64,000 nt of DNA from Eledone cirrhosa (lineage: Eukaryota). The stretch covers positions 82,336,001 to 82,400,000 of the forward strand of contig OZ024741.1 of NCBI GenBank assembly GCA_964016885.1, in the 5' to 3' direction. The first letter of the stretch is position 1. Every line of letters starts with the position of its first letter. This document shows positions 1-13,699 of the stretch, piece after piece. A program made the translations under genes and the position numbers. The notes below the pieces were generated by a model. The model did not search any database, was not told the DNA's origin, and saw nothing but the letters and a program-made list of their open reading frames with translations.

Positions 1-232
1 ACGCTAAGAGGAATATTTACGTTCATCTGACTGGGTGAAGTTCAGAAATGCAGACATATAGTATATCTCGTTGAAGTAAAAAATGTATAGTTGCTGTTTA
101 GCAACTTGTGAGTCTTTGTTTAGTCGATGTACGACGAGAACCCTCCAATTAGTGTATGCATATGAATGTATGAATACATTATGTATGTTTCTATGTATGT
201 ATAGATGTATGTATGTGCGTATGTTTCTACAG

Positions 233-436
233 GCTGCAGTTGTAGATGTTACTCATCATGCTTGTCAAGCTTGTGGGAGAGAGTGTAGATCGGTAGGAGG
301 GTTCAAACGACAGGCACAAGTACATGAAAACCAACGACAGCCGGATATTGCCAGTGAACGTTTTCGTTGCCAACTCTGTGCAAGAAATTTTAGATCATTG
401 GTTGGGGTAAGCCACATTCGATCGCAGCAACGTTAA
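233..436 (+). pseudogene. Two degenerate C2H2 zinc fingers, probably the C-terminus of an RTE-type LINE ORF
   Basis: ORF 83..436 contains CQACGRECRSVGGFKRQAQVH and CQLCARNFRSLVGVSHIRSQ followed by a stop and a (GT)n tract. RTE/BovB-type ORFs end in such fingers. Confidence 0.45.
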
Positions 437-622
437 TTGTTATTGTGCGTCTATGTGTATGAATGTGTGTGTGTGTGTATGTATGTATATGTGTATGTGT
501 GTATGTATGGGTGTGTGTGTGTGTGTGTGTCTGTGCATATATATATCCACACACACACACACACACACACATATACATACACACACATATACATACACAT
601 ACACACACTATATATATATATA

Positions 623-895
623 TCCTTACAATATTTATCCTTTCTTCAATACACAGTCCACAATCCGTCTTCTGGACTGTGTATTGAAGACAGGATATAT
701 ATTCTAAGGAGATTACGCAATAGCGGTTGCCTAAATTCAAGTAATGGAATCTGTTCACGTTGTCCACATGTCTGGAAACACATCTTGCATAACTACAAAT
801 CTCCGGATTGAATAACAACAACATTCTAATTTTCTTATCAACTCGAACATCTTTTCCGGACTTTCGCAGTTATCTCCCTTACACCTTTCGCTCTG
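623..895. mobile_element. Fold-back insert next to (TA)n; probable Penelope-like pLTR remnant
   Basis: Arm 623-660 is a near-perfect reverse complement of 673-710. A possible degenerate HHR runs TTGAAGA(684)...GAAA(775). Confidence 0.5.
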
Positions 896-2065
896 GCTTT
901 AGATCGCTTGAGTGAAGTGACCCAAGCGAATATTTTTTCATGTTGATTCCTAGCAAAAATGTGTGGCACACGCAATTCACGGTGCTAGCTTTGACACACA
1001 TTGTGTTTCACTACTCTCTCTGAGAACCACATTAATGGTGTACGTGTCTGCTGAATGGCTAGCTATTTTGTATTAAATTCCATTGATTAACTAGGTCGAA
1101 GCTGTCGACGTCGGCAACGACGGAAATCCAACAGCAATAATGTATATGCCTATATTACATATATACATATGTATTATACATGATTGTGTGTGTCTATGTG
1201 TATATCTATGTGTATGTAAGCTTGTACTCATGAATACTTGTATGTGTCAATGTATGCATTTTCCAGTTAAATTTGGGTGGTTTTAATATTTCCCCGTGGC
1301 ACTCTGATATATGGTGTTAGTTTCGATGAAACCTATCATAATACTTTGGGATTTCGAAAAAATACTGTGTATATATGTGACGTGTATGATATAATGTATG
1401 CGTGAAATGTGTAGGAGTGTGCGTATGGGTGTCTTTGTGTATTTATGTGTGTACTTAGTGTATGAATGCATGCACGTGCATGTTTCGATATTGTCTTTTT
1501 ATACGTATGAGTATGCATTTATATTAACATATATATATGACTATTTATGTATGTAAGGACGTATGGCTATACACTGTGCATGTGAATGTATGTATGTGAA
1601 TGTATGTATGTATGTTTGTGAGAACAGTGTTGTATGAAATGTTGTTTTCTGGCTTTTATGGTCACTCTTACATAAACATATAAACGTCAACACATACAAA
1701 CATAATCACGCACAGACACACATATATACGCAAACAGATTCTCAGCAACGCATTCTCATGCACACCTAGTCAACCACGCACAAACACACACTGTCCCAAC
1801 CAAGATATATCCAGCCAACTGCATACGCATATTCCCATTCACACCTACACATTTCTACCTACCGATATGCACCCCCCCCACATCCCCCGCCCCCCATCCA
1901 AACAACCACAAACTATAAAGAAACAATAAACAACTTCTTCAGATGAATGCTTAGAATTAAAATTGAATTCTATAATTCATGATCAAAATCAATGTACCTT
2001 GAATTCCAATTTCATTGGTTCTTTCATCATGTTTTCTTGGATTTCCCTCTTTCAAATTCTTAGCG

Positions 2066-2126
2066 TCTTCTACTTCTTCTTCTTTGTTGGGGTCGCCGTC
2101 GCCGTCTTCTTCTTCTTCTTCTTCTT

Positions 2127-2202
<76 letters not shown>
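2066..2202. repeat. Compound (CTT)n-(ATT)n microsatellite
   Basis: Read directly from sequence. Confidence 0.95.
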
Positions 2203-2400
2203 GGGTGGTAGATTGGCAGTATCGTTAGAGGGTCGGACGCCATGCTTTGCAGCACAGAGTTACGTCCCTTTACGCACACAGTTCAAATCCCGTCGAGGTT
2301 AGCTCTGCCTTTCATCCTTACGGGGTCGATAATATAAAGTACCAGTAATGCACTGGGTATTTGCTGGCCTTGTGCCAAAAGTAGAACAAAATTATTATTA
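2203..2400 (+). mobile_element. tRNA-derived SINE (octopus OK-like, Meta-domain-like core) with (ATT)n tail
   Basis: A-box TGGCAGTATCGTTAG, B-box GTTCAAATCCC, core GCCTTTCATCCTTACGGGGTCGATAA...GTACCAG. Several copies in the window. Confidence 0.85.
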
Positions 2401-2423
2401 TGGTTATTATTATTATTATGATA

Positions 2424-2620
2424 GGACGGTGGATTGGCAGTTTCGGTAGAGCGTCGGACGCCATGCTTTGACGCATAGAGTTATGGCCCTTGACATTCTG
2501 AGTTCAAATCCCGCCGAGTTTAACTTTGCCTTTTATCTTCATGGGGTCGATAAAATAAAGTACCAGTAATACACTGGGTAATTGCTGGCCTTGTGACAAA
2601 AGTAGAAACAATTATTATTA
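2424..2620 (+). mobile_element. Second tandem copy of the same SINE
   Basis: Collinear with 2203-2400; A and B boxes; (ATT)n tail. Confidence 0.85.
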
Positions 2621-2668
2621 TGATTGTTTTTGTTGTTTTTGTTGTTGGTCCTCTTCTTCTTCTTCTTC

Positions 2669-2715
<47 letters not shown>

Positions 2716-2780
2716 ACAACAGCAACAACAAAAATAGCAGCGGTAAAGTCGAGAACGATAATAACAAAAATAACAGCGGT

Positions 2781-4597
2781 ATGGACGAGAACGACAATAA
2801 CAATGACAATAACAACAGCCACAACAACAATAATAGTAGGAACAGTATCAGCAAAAACAACAATAATAACAACAGCCACAATAACAGTAACAACAGCAAT
2901 AGTATCAACGAAAACAACAACAACACCAACACCAACAACTGTACCAACGAAAACAACAACAATGACATCGATATCTGTAATAGCGATCTCAGCACCACTA
3001 GTAAGACCAGTAGCGGCAGCAATAGTGGTGCTGCTGAAAAAGGGACCACTTCTTTTGCAGGTGTCGCCCGAAATATCGAGACAGTGATAGTCACATAGGA
3101 GGAGATGGCAGTCGCAAGGGCCATGGTGACAAGAAGTGCCAATAGAGTCTCCCTGAAACCTCCACCCGATTTTTTCAAGGAACAGCAGCTACGGACGGTG
3201 ACTTACCGCACCGTAAGCAAAATCTCACATCGGGTGGAGAGAGACACGGAGGCTCGAATCCAAAAGGCCTTTGTGTGCGTCTGGGCACGCAAAACCCACA
3301 TCACCCGAGGCAGAAAGTACGCCACAGTAGACGTACTTCTCGCCACTCCCCAGGAAGCAAAGCCTCACTCTTTAGAAACCCTAAAGAGTGAGGAGATAGT
3401 CTTGATGCCCTCCTACCGCGTCAGAAAATTGTGAGGGTCAAAGTGACCCAGGTACCACCCGACGTGCCCATACCTTGGCTGGCTGCGTCTGTCCTTACTG
3501 GAATCGAGAACAGGACGACCATGCTGCAAGTAGAAAAAAATAGGGAGCGAGAACTGGTCAGGTATAGGCATGCAAATGCTTATAAAAACTGACCAGGAAT
3601 GTATCGACGCTATCCCCGATATGATAGACATCGAGGAAGGACTCCAACTCCCTATAAGTGTAGAAGGAAGACGGCCAAAATATTATCTCTGTGGGTCGAA
3701 GGGTCACCTCAGGGCCTTTGCCCGCAGAAGACAGCGAAGAAGAAGGCCCTCTCCTTCCAATACCTGGTCCACTGCTACCAAGAGGAGGGCAGGCAACAAA
3801 CGCAGAAGCCCCTTTCACGGTGAGTAGGAGGACAACGTCCGTAGCACCCGTACCAAGACCACGGACAACTAAAGCAACATCATCAGTGGCGGCCACACCA
3901 ATAGCTACATTTGAAATAGCTACAGCAGCAACAATATTGCCGAAGAGGACACCACTACCACCACCAACAGCCGTGGAGCACATACCCCTCCCAGACGCCA
4001 CAAAATTCGACATGGAGTTTCAGGCGGGAGTGAAGTGGCAAACGGTCTGCCACAAAAAAAACAAAAAAGAAAAACCCCTTAGATTCACCCTCCAAAAGCG
4101 AAGGCATACAAAGAGGGGTAAAGGCAGCAAGGAAACTTGCAGCAACACCACCACCTTCACCACCACAAGCACCACTGACAACAACAACCACACCACCACC
4201 AGCATCACCAAAAACACAAACAACGCAAACACAACAAGACACACACACCAAACAGCAATAAGAAGAAAACAGCAACAAAATCACCCCTCCCTCCAAAAAT
4301 TACACAGCCATAAACATGGAAAAAAAAGAACTCATACAATATATAAAGCAGCACACAGACATCACAGAAAAAAACTACTACACCCCACCAACATCAAGAA
4401 CTCTCCCGACAAACATAAGCATCATCGAAATCTCAATAGAACAATACAAACCTTTAAAACAAAAATTCCCCAACGCAGTTGGATACTTCAGAGTGTCGGT
4501 TACCAAGAGGATATACACTAACATCCTCTTGGAAACACCCATGACCAGCGAAAGGGACGGTTCTACTGTCCCTTCACCACACGATCAAGGTAAGTGA
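2781..4597 (+). pseudogene. Tx1 ORF1 (gag-like, zinc knuckle), frameshifted
   Basis: ORF pieces 3105..3434, 3570..3827 and 4316..4597 are homologous to ORF1 pieces of the copies at 22.8-24.6 kb and 28.5-30 kb. Confidence 0.75.
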
Positions 4598-4629
4598 CCC
4601 TTTCTCACTTGGCCCGTTTCTCATCCAAC

Positions 4630-7381
4630 ATGGCCGTACTCAGAATAGGCAATATAAATGCACGTGGCTTGGGGTCATCTTGGAAGCAGGGTCACCTACT
4701 CAACGACCTCAGGTCACTAAACATAGATGTGGTGGCCATCAGTGAAACCAGATCTCCGAAGCACAAGCCTTCGCACCGATCTTCGGCGGCTACGATGTAT
4801 ACGCATCTACCAGCCGTCCAGGATCGGAGGGAGGGGTTACTGCGATACGGGCCATCTTCCTAGACCCAGAAGGTAAGTCGGTGGTGCTGGACGTGACCGG
4901 CAGCGAAGGCAATGCTTTCAGGCTAGTCTAACAGGGGCAGGACGGCCAGATTTCTTCAGACGTCTAGAGACCTTTCTGGGAACGTCCCGTTCTTTAGTTT
5001 TAGTGGGTGACTGGAACGGTATCTTGGATGCACGATGGGATTGTCTGGGGCTAGTGGATAGGTGAGGAGGGTGCAAGAGCCTCACCAACCTGCTCAGACG
5101 TTTTGAACTGTCTGACAGGTTTCGACTGGATCACCCGAATGTGCCAATGTGGACATAGACAAACCGCATCGGGTCATCCAGATCGTATCTCGATAGGGTA
5201 TTCTGCAGAGAACTAGATAAGGGTAGTATAAGTTGTCCACAATTTAAAATAGTCGACTACACAGACCACAAATTTGTGATCTGTGAGATCGACATATATA
5301 GACTTCATAGACAAGGGCCTGCTTACTGGAAGCTGAACTCGTCTTTCCCGGCGCGCAAAGCCTACAGAGACCGGATTAGCGTATTAGTTAAGCGGGCGTT
5401 GACGGGAGCGGTCGTCAACAACACGTGGTGGTTCGCCCTGAAAAGGGCAATTGAAGTATTATGCATTTATGCCAGACTTGTTCGGTGACCTCTTGGCAGA
5501 CGTCTACTGCAACTGGCAGCAGAACGGGAGCTTTTCCAGTTTTGTGAGTCGATAATTTCAGGCCCATAACCCTGCTAAACGCAGAGTTCAATATTTTGGC
5601 CAAGGTGTTAGCAACGAGGTTGGACCTTGTCGTCAAGGGTCTGGTGGGAGAGGCGCGGGCATGCGCCATTCCGGACAGATCCACACACGACAACCTCCAC
5701 CTCAGGCGATACATCATAGAGAGGGTGGTTAAGGAACCTGGCACGGGTGGGGCCCTGATCAACTTGGTTCAATCCAAAGCATTCGATAGGGTCGACGATC
5801 GGTAACTGGCGGCGGTCCTCGAGGCAGCCGGTTTCGGGCCTGTTTTCAGGGGTTGGATCGCAGCAATGAACTGCGACATCTGCTCAGATGTGAGGGTGAA
5901 CGGTCACCTGTCGCAGCCGTTCAGCATCATGCGTTCAGTCCATCAGGGTTGTCCCCTCTCGTCCCTCTTGAACCTATTGGCTCTCGAGCCGTTACTGCAC
6001 AAACTGGCGGCGATGAGGGGCGTCCCTCGCGAAGTTGGATGCGGGTAATCCGAGTCGGCTTAGGCTGACGACGTCACCGTGGTGGTGTCGAGCAACAGAT
6101 ACGTCCAGATGCTCGGCACCGCTCTTAAGGAATACGAAGCGGTGACAGGAGCAAAGATAAACCAGGAAAAGTCGGTGGGCTTGCAGCTCGGCACCTGGAG
6201 AGGCAGGTCCATGCCGTCCAACGGCGTTGTCGGGCGCTGGACGGAGGGACCAGTTAAATTGCTAGGGGTCTGGTTCGGACCGAACCTCTAGACGGACAAA
6301 AACTGGGACGAGGTGACGAGCAGGGTGGCTTCTCTCACGCATAAATAGGTGGAGAGGAAGCTATCCCTGAAAGGTCGAGCAGAGGTGGCTAACGCGTACA
6401 TTGCGTCCGTCATAAACTACAGCCTCACCGTCGTGCCTTGTCCTAAGCCTCGCCTGACTGTGCTAGAGCGTTTGCTCTTTCGCTTTTTGTGGAAGGGACG
6501 CGCTCCGATGGTCAAGCGGCCCATCAGCTGTCAAAACCCGCTACGAGGCGGGCTGGGCATGCCGTGGCTGATGATGCGCAGACACGCACTCAGGCTACGA
6601 CATCTTCATCTCTTGCTCGACGGTGATCAGGTGTTGTTGCCGTTTGCTAGACGCGTCTTTCTCCAGCTGGTCTCCTTGACGGAGCTGCAGTCCTGGGTCA
6701 AGCGAAGACAAGAGGGAGCGCTTGGAGGCTGGAATGTCTTCAGGCGCTCATAGCTCTCGACCAATCGGGCAATATGATCGGTGGAAACTCCACCTTGGCG
6801 TTCTATAGAGGATTAGTGGAGGGGAAGAGCGACGACGTACTTGGAGAAATTCTAGGCGTTGACGAAAATCAACAGCCAATCTCTTCGGAAGAACTTTCGG
6901 GCCGGGGCCTATGGACAACTTCCAGAAATCGCTAGCCTGGCAGTGCTACCGAGGAGCTTTGCCAGTTCGGGATAAACTCTACAGGCATGGAGGTGCCGTC
7001 AGACGGGCTTGTCCGAGATGCGCACAGGGCGACGAAACCGTCCTGCAGGCACTCGTCCCGTGTCTGAGCATTGCTGACTTGTGGGTTTATGTCGAACACC
7101 TGCTGTCACGTGTAGGACGGATCCAGCTCTCAGTGTTTATCTGTCTGGTGGCCATGGCGAAAGAGATAGTATGGTGGATACGTTTGAAAGGGCTGAAGAC
7201 GAGCACTTACATTTTCGGTGATGCCCTGATTAACTTTTTCAAATTTCATTTGAAAAGGAAAATCAGGGTAGAGAGGGAAGTGCTCTCTTCCCAGCATTTT
7301 GTTGAAAGATGGGTGAGAGAAGCAAGTATGGCCCGAGTGAATGGGCCTACTCTGAGTATGTGTCTGTATATTAAAGGTTGA
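4630..7381 (+). pseudogene. Tx1 ORF2 (APE-RT-CCHC), disrupted
   Basis: Motifs spread over ORFs 4594..4863, 5596..5805, 5866..6048, 6079..6291, 6349..6753 and 6911..7381. Confidence 0.9.
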
Positions 7382-8194
7382 AAACTGGGAGAGGGCACTT
7401 GCCCTGGTGGTCAGGGTCATTGTGGCCTTTTAATGGGCTTTCTCCACAAATGCCCCTCCGAAGTCCCCCCCCCCCCCTATTTGGGAATTTTTCATTGTTA
7501 TTTTTTGTTACATCCTCTGTTTTTGTTTTTTACACGCAGAAATGCCCATTTGTACCGTCCTGTACTGTCCTGTACTGTACTTAATGTCTACTTTATGTAA
7601 ACCCTTGTGGTTAATAAAGAAATCATTATTATATGTTTCAGTAACATCATGGTTTCCTATAAAATTCTTAACTTATATCTTTATTATGTATTCTTTAATA
7701 CATCAGAGTTTCATGTGAAAATATTGGAATATTTGTATACTTGCATGTTGTTTTATATATCACAGTTCCAGTTGGAGTACTTAGATTGTTTTTATTGTAT
7801 ATTGATTAATACCTTAGATATTCGAATGAACATTAGCTTGTTTTTATTGTATTATTATTATTATTATGCATCCCATTTTCCTATTTAATTTTTGACTAAT
7901 TTTTATGATCTTGCAACGTTTAATATATCAGAGATTCATAAGACCATTTTGGCTGGTTTTCAATATGATATGGTTTAATACATCACATATTTAAATGAAG
8001 TGTTTGAGTAATATTTATTATTGTGTATTGTTAAATACGTCACAGGCCCCTATGAATGTATGTGTCCGAGTAAAAATAAATTAAGCAATAAACACTTTCC
8101 GTTTGATATCTATGTGTATGTACAAACACACACACACTAATATATATGCATGTATATATACTTACATATATATATGTATCAATCAATTATATAT

Positions 8195-8290
<96 letters not shown>

Positions 8291-9257
8291 GTGTATGTGT
8301 GTGCGTAAGTATTTAGTTACGTATACATGTCTTATTATATATTTTTGAATATGCTGAAGAGGTTTTTCTCTATCCACCCTCCTTTTCTTTCTGTGTCTTC
8401 ATTCTCTCAAGATAATCAAACATATAAATGTACACATGTAAACTTGAACAAATCCACGCATGCGCCCAACTCTCTTCCCACACACAGACGACTAACCGCT
8501 ACACACCATTCCATCGTATACTTCGATGACAGCTTGGGATATTAGATTTCGATTCTCATGTGGTACACACACACACACATACACACGCACACATACACAC
8601 ACACATATACAAGCTTATGCACACACACGCATAAACATACTCATATACATAAACTTAAAGTTGTATAAATTCACACAGACACAGGCATAGTGGTAACATC
8701 TAAAGCACACCCACATACATTCACACGCGCGCACACATACAATACATAAACATTTGACATACACACATAAATCCGCCCACAATACACTCACATATAAACA
8801 TATAGAGACAGACGCATGTGCACTCACTCACTAATATATACGAAGTTCAGAGACACACGCAAATACACACATACACTTTCATGCATACAGAAAACGGGAA
8901 CACACACCCACAGAGGAGAAATAACGTCAACAACATGTGCATCCACGAAATGCACGCCATTTGCCACCTCCCCATTAGGAATACTTGCTTGACCTCACCT
9001 CTCTGAAAAAATGCATTTGTTTTCAGCCTCCCAACTTCCACCCTTAGATTTTCCAGCCTCCTCCCCCACTCCAGAACTTGCTCTTTCGTGATGAAGGACT
9101 TCTGTCCAATACTTTGAATCATTTATTAACTTCTTTGTTAATTTTTCTTTATTTGGATACCCAAGCGGAAACTTAACAAGACTTTGAGTTTTTGTATTCC
9201 TCTGTTCCTGTTGTTTATTCTTGAACTACATACATACACACACACATACATACATAC

Positions 9258-11866
9258 AAATCAACGCCTGTTTATATGCCTTAGCAACGACAGTGAAGCA
9301 TTATCTTGGTGATAGCAGAGATATTAACAAGAACAAAAATACCATCATATATAACTAAAATAGATAAAAAGATTGCTGACCTACGAAAAAACATAGGATA
9401 TGTGACAATGCTCCTTACATGTAAACAAACACAAAATAACCTCACTCCTCACCAACAAAGAGTGAAAAATAAAATCGAGACGATGTTTGGTAACAGTAGA
9501 ACCAGAACTCTCCAATATAAGTTGATCACCCTCAAACAAGAATTGAGAGCTGTTATCGAAAAACGCCGATACCTGAAGAAGGTAGATGAGGGAAAAGTGC
9601 TTAATAAAAGATTCAGACGAAACCAAACATCAGTCTATAGAGATATGAAGGGCAAAATAATAAGTGTCACTGAGGCCCCATCCAAGAAAGACATAGATTC
9701 CTTTTGGAGCAAAATATGGGGTGAAAAGAAGAATTTCAACCAAGATGCAGTGTGGCTAAGAGAAATCCGAAAGAACTATTGCTCCTACACTACAACAAAA
9801 ACATACGAAATAAGTGAGGGTACCCTTGAGACTGTGATAGGAAAACTCCAAGATAAGGAAACACCAGGATGAGACATGATTGTCGGCTACTGGTACAAAA
9901 AACTGATATTCTATCGGAGGTAACTTACTGACCTCTACCAACAAGTTCGTAAGAGAGATACACTTATACCAGAATGATTAACATTAGCTCCCCACTCTTG
10001 GATGATAGAGGCCCTCCAACTTGCTAAAGTCCCACACATTATTGTCAGAGCCATAGAGAGGCTGTCTTCTTCTTGGGCTACTATCCTAAGGTTAAAGACA
10101 GAGAGGGAGGACTCTATTTTCACTGATAAAATAAAATATTGCAGGGGTATATTTCAGGGGGACAGTCTCTCTGTGATATTATACATCTTGTCATTAAACC
10201 CCTTGTCCTTTCTGCTCAAGAAATGTGAGGGATACATCATTGGCTCACAGGAGGACAGAAATCAAACATATAATTTCTAACCCATAATTTCTTTGTGGAC
10301 GATCTGAAACTCTATGCCAAGAACATGGATGGGATGAAGAAAAATCTTGACCTTGTTACAACGTTCTCAAAGGATATAGGAATGGAGTTTGGCCAAGATA
10401 AATGCTCATACATGACTGTAAAGCGGGGAAAACAACAACCCAATCTAGCAACATTGTCATCAATGGCCTAACTGTTTCACCGATATCTGATGAGGACTGC
10501 TACATATACCTGGGGATAGATGAGAACATATCCTATAATGGTATCTGTAATAAAGAACGCGTAACCAAGGAATACTACACCCGATTAAGAAAGATCTGGT
10601 CATCGGAACTCTCTGCACAAAACAATACAGTGACTCACAATGTGTTTGCTGTGCCTGTCCTAACACCAACGTTTGGAATACTCAATTGGACGAAAGACGA
10701 AATCCGAGCAGTTGATGTTGGAACTCGAAAAATACTAAACAACATCGAAAACTTCCACATCAACGGTCACATAGACCGCCTTTACTTGAAACGTAAGCAG
10801 GGAGGCAGAGGCCTAACATCAGTCCAGACAACATTTGAATGTCGCATCATATCTCTCCGACAACCTCTATGAACCTCGAAGTGTAGGAGTCCGTTTCTCA
10901 AGCAAGTTTATCTGCATGAAACAGATAAGATCATGAGAGTTGGGAAGGAACTCCTCGAGAGATATTCCCTGTGTGATAATCAAAAACTCACCTCCAAGGA
11001 TGTCGCTCAGTAGTATCGCAGTGAATCCATGGGTGAAAAACCGCATGCCTATCAGCAAAAAATCATACATGGATATGTTGCCAGGAAGCTCCAGAGTGAG
11101 AGTAATATGAATAAAGAAAGTAGTCTATCTTGGACCAACAACCGCTATATTGGCTCACACTTTGAAGGATACGCTTTTGCAATCCAGAAACAGGAGATTA
11201 GCACGAAATGCCTGATTCACAAAAGAGATAGGGATGCAGCCAAAACACCTAGATGTGATAACAAGTGCAGGCTCTGTAGAACTAACAACGAGGATATCAC
11301 CCATGTCATCAGCAGCTGTCCAAAGATGTCATCGCGGTACTATCTACCTATGAGGCATGATGTAGTGGCCAAAACACTGTACAACGCAGTTCGTAAAAAA
11401 GATAGCCCCGATAATAAACGCATTAAAAGCTACAGCAATGTGGAAGACATACATGTACATAATATGAAAGAGTACTGGTGGAATGTTCCAGTAAAAACCC
11501 CAATAAAATGCAGGCATACCAGGCCAGATATTATGATATGGGACAGGGAGAAGGAAGAAAGCATGCACACTAGTGGAAATTAGCTGCCCAGCAGATGCCA
11601 ATATAATATCAAAGATTAGTGAAAAGGAGAACATTTATGCAGAACTGTTGAGAAATCTACAGGTACTCCACCCAGATTATACCTTCAGATTTATGCTTGT
11701 GATTATTGGAGCACTGGGATATGTTAGTAACTGCCTCACTACAAATCTTGAGAAGCAACGCTTCACAGGAACAGAAATAACACAACTAGTTAGGAAATTA
11801 CAAGTACAATCCATTAATGGAACAGTAAAAATATGTAAGACATTCCAAAAATGTTGCATCTAATAA
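9258..11866 (+). mobile_element. R4/Dong-clade RLE non-LTR retrotransposon, 5'-truncated and internally deleted
   Basis: RT motifs GIFQGDSLS and FVDDLKLY; RLY..RKQGGRGL; CCHC CRLC...ITHVISSC; RHD; RPDI...EISCP...K restriction-like endonuclease. N-terminal RT motifs missing near 9980. Flanked by CATA/CA-rich repeats. Confidence 0.88.
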
Positions 11867-13005
11867 ATGCATATACACATATACTGATGCAAAGCATATA
11901 CACATGCACACATACAATTCAAAACATACACATCCACACATACAATCACATCCATATCTACACGTGCATGCATACATACACACCTACCTAGTTGATGTTG
12001 TGTAAATTCCAATGAGAGAGTCTTGTGTCTATGTTAGAAACAGACTCTCTCTCTATCGGTAAAACTTTGTGAAATTATAAAACCAGAAGAACATACATAC
12101 ATGCATACATATATACATACATATATACGTACACACGTAACTGTAGAGCGGGGACAGATATGCACATGGATAAATAGATAGATTGATAGCTAGATAGATA
12201 GTTAAAGACAGAATTGTAAAGAATATGCGATTCATTTAAGCAAATCAAAAAGAACAATAATGGATAAATACATAAAATACCTAAAAGCGTCAGGCACCGA
12301 TTAACAGCGCTTTGAAGGCTCAAATAAACGCAGGTTAGAATTTAACAGTGAATCCCAACCATCAAAAACTACTGTAAGCTGACGCAGTGAAAAATCTCAA
12401 TTCACAAACATGGAATGTTCAAGGAATTAGTAATGGACAGATAACTTCACATGATAAAAAAACAAAAAAACAAACAAACACACACGGTGAAGTTTAATAA
12501 ATGAATTTATTTATCTGCTACGTGCAAAAAATGCGCCCCTAAGTCTGATGATTGTTTCAACGAAAATGTAAATGTAAGGCGATATGATAACACTGTTTTT
12601 TCTCACTCCATTTTTTATGCAGTAATGCAAAGTATATTATTTCTAATGAACTGTTGAATAAGAAATGTTTTTCTCAATAGTTTTTAGTATGTTATCTTGC
12701 AACAAATCAAAATAGTTTTGAATTGAAAATTTACTCATGTTAATCAAGTAAGAAATAATTATATGGTTGTATTAAACACGTACAAACACATGTATATGTA
12801 GATTTATACACACATAAACACACCCACACGCACACCCACGCGCGCACATACCCACACGCACACCCACGCACGCACACACACACACACAAACACGCACACA
12901 CACACACATATACACATATATATATAAATATTCATATATATATATATATATATATATATAGCGACGAAACATAAGTCAATTGCATGAACTCATAATCCTT
13001 TATTT

Positions 13006-13061
13006 ACTGCTATATAGATTTCGATGATAGCTATTGAATGGCTATGACCTTATCAGGCAGT
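13006..13061 (-). ncRNA. Type I hammerhead ribozyme motif, degenerate (G8A)
   Basis: Minus strand: actgc CTGATAA ggtcatagc...gctatcatc GAAA tctata TA gcagt, followed by AATAAA. Same family as 46547-46604. Confidence 0.65.
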
Positions 13062-13360
13062 TAGTCAGTTCTTAGATATGCCAACTCTGTGTTTATGGTG
13101 TTGATGGTTATAGAGCCTTGCGACATGTATATATATGTATATATATGAATAAAGTGGTCCTTCATCAATGATCTTCCAACCATCATCGGTATTTCCATAT
13201 ACCTCCGGTTGGTGCGAGCAACGGCTAAAGAAAGTCGTTGGGACACGTAAATAAAGGGAACAGCGAGAGTGTAAAAAAACAGAGATGGTGAAGCAACGAA
13301 AGGTGAGGAAGAACGAGTCAAGTCCCAAATTTCCATGAATATAAGTTCGGTGAAATCGTA

Positions 13361-13615
13361 TATAATAAACAATACATTATAATTACCTCATTACCAGAGG
13401 TTTCCCGAATAAGACGAATACAAAAAACGTCCTCATTGGACAAGGCAATTTTATGAACGAATGAGGACGTTTTTTCTATTCGTCTTATTCGGGAAACCTC
13501 TGGTAATGTGGTAATTATATTGTATTGTTTATTATACATTAAATTTAGCTCTGGTACTTACATAGAACACTCTTCACTCCTAAGACATTTTCAATTTTCA
13601 ACGGAAACTTCAATA

Positions 13616-13620
<5 letters not shown>
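13361..13620. mobile_element. Palindromic Penelope-like pLTR insert with HHR 3' half
   Basis: Arms 13361-13437 and 13460-13536. Right arm has GAAA cctctgg TA. Tail is homologous to 58734-58830 and ends in (TA)n. Confidence 0.7.

Positions 13621-13699
<79 letters not shown>

Larger units (their letters stand above)
2714..7624 (+). mobile_element. Tx1-clade non-LTR retrotransposon (family A), degenerate, with internal deletions in ORF2
   Basis: ORF1 has a knuckle region (SVEGRRPKYYLCGSKGH). ORF2 has APE (NINARGL, AISET, GDWN, TDHK), RT (SKAFDRV, QGCPLS, ADD) and C-terminal CPRC...C. Ends AATAAAGAAATC followed by (ATT)n. Linker is deleted near 5452. Confidence 0.92.

Noticed and set aside
2203-2520. 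tRNA genes
   Set aside because: A and B boxes are present but no cloverleaf; the sequence continues into SINE core and tail.
8998-9228. Inverted 5' segment of the R4 element
   Set aside because: The minus-strand peptide has no recognisable motif linking it to the element.
12531-12582. CTGATGA...GAAA hammerhead-like string
   Set aside because: Stems I and III do not pair acceptably; could be chance or a very decayed copy.
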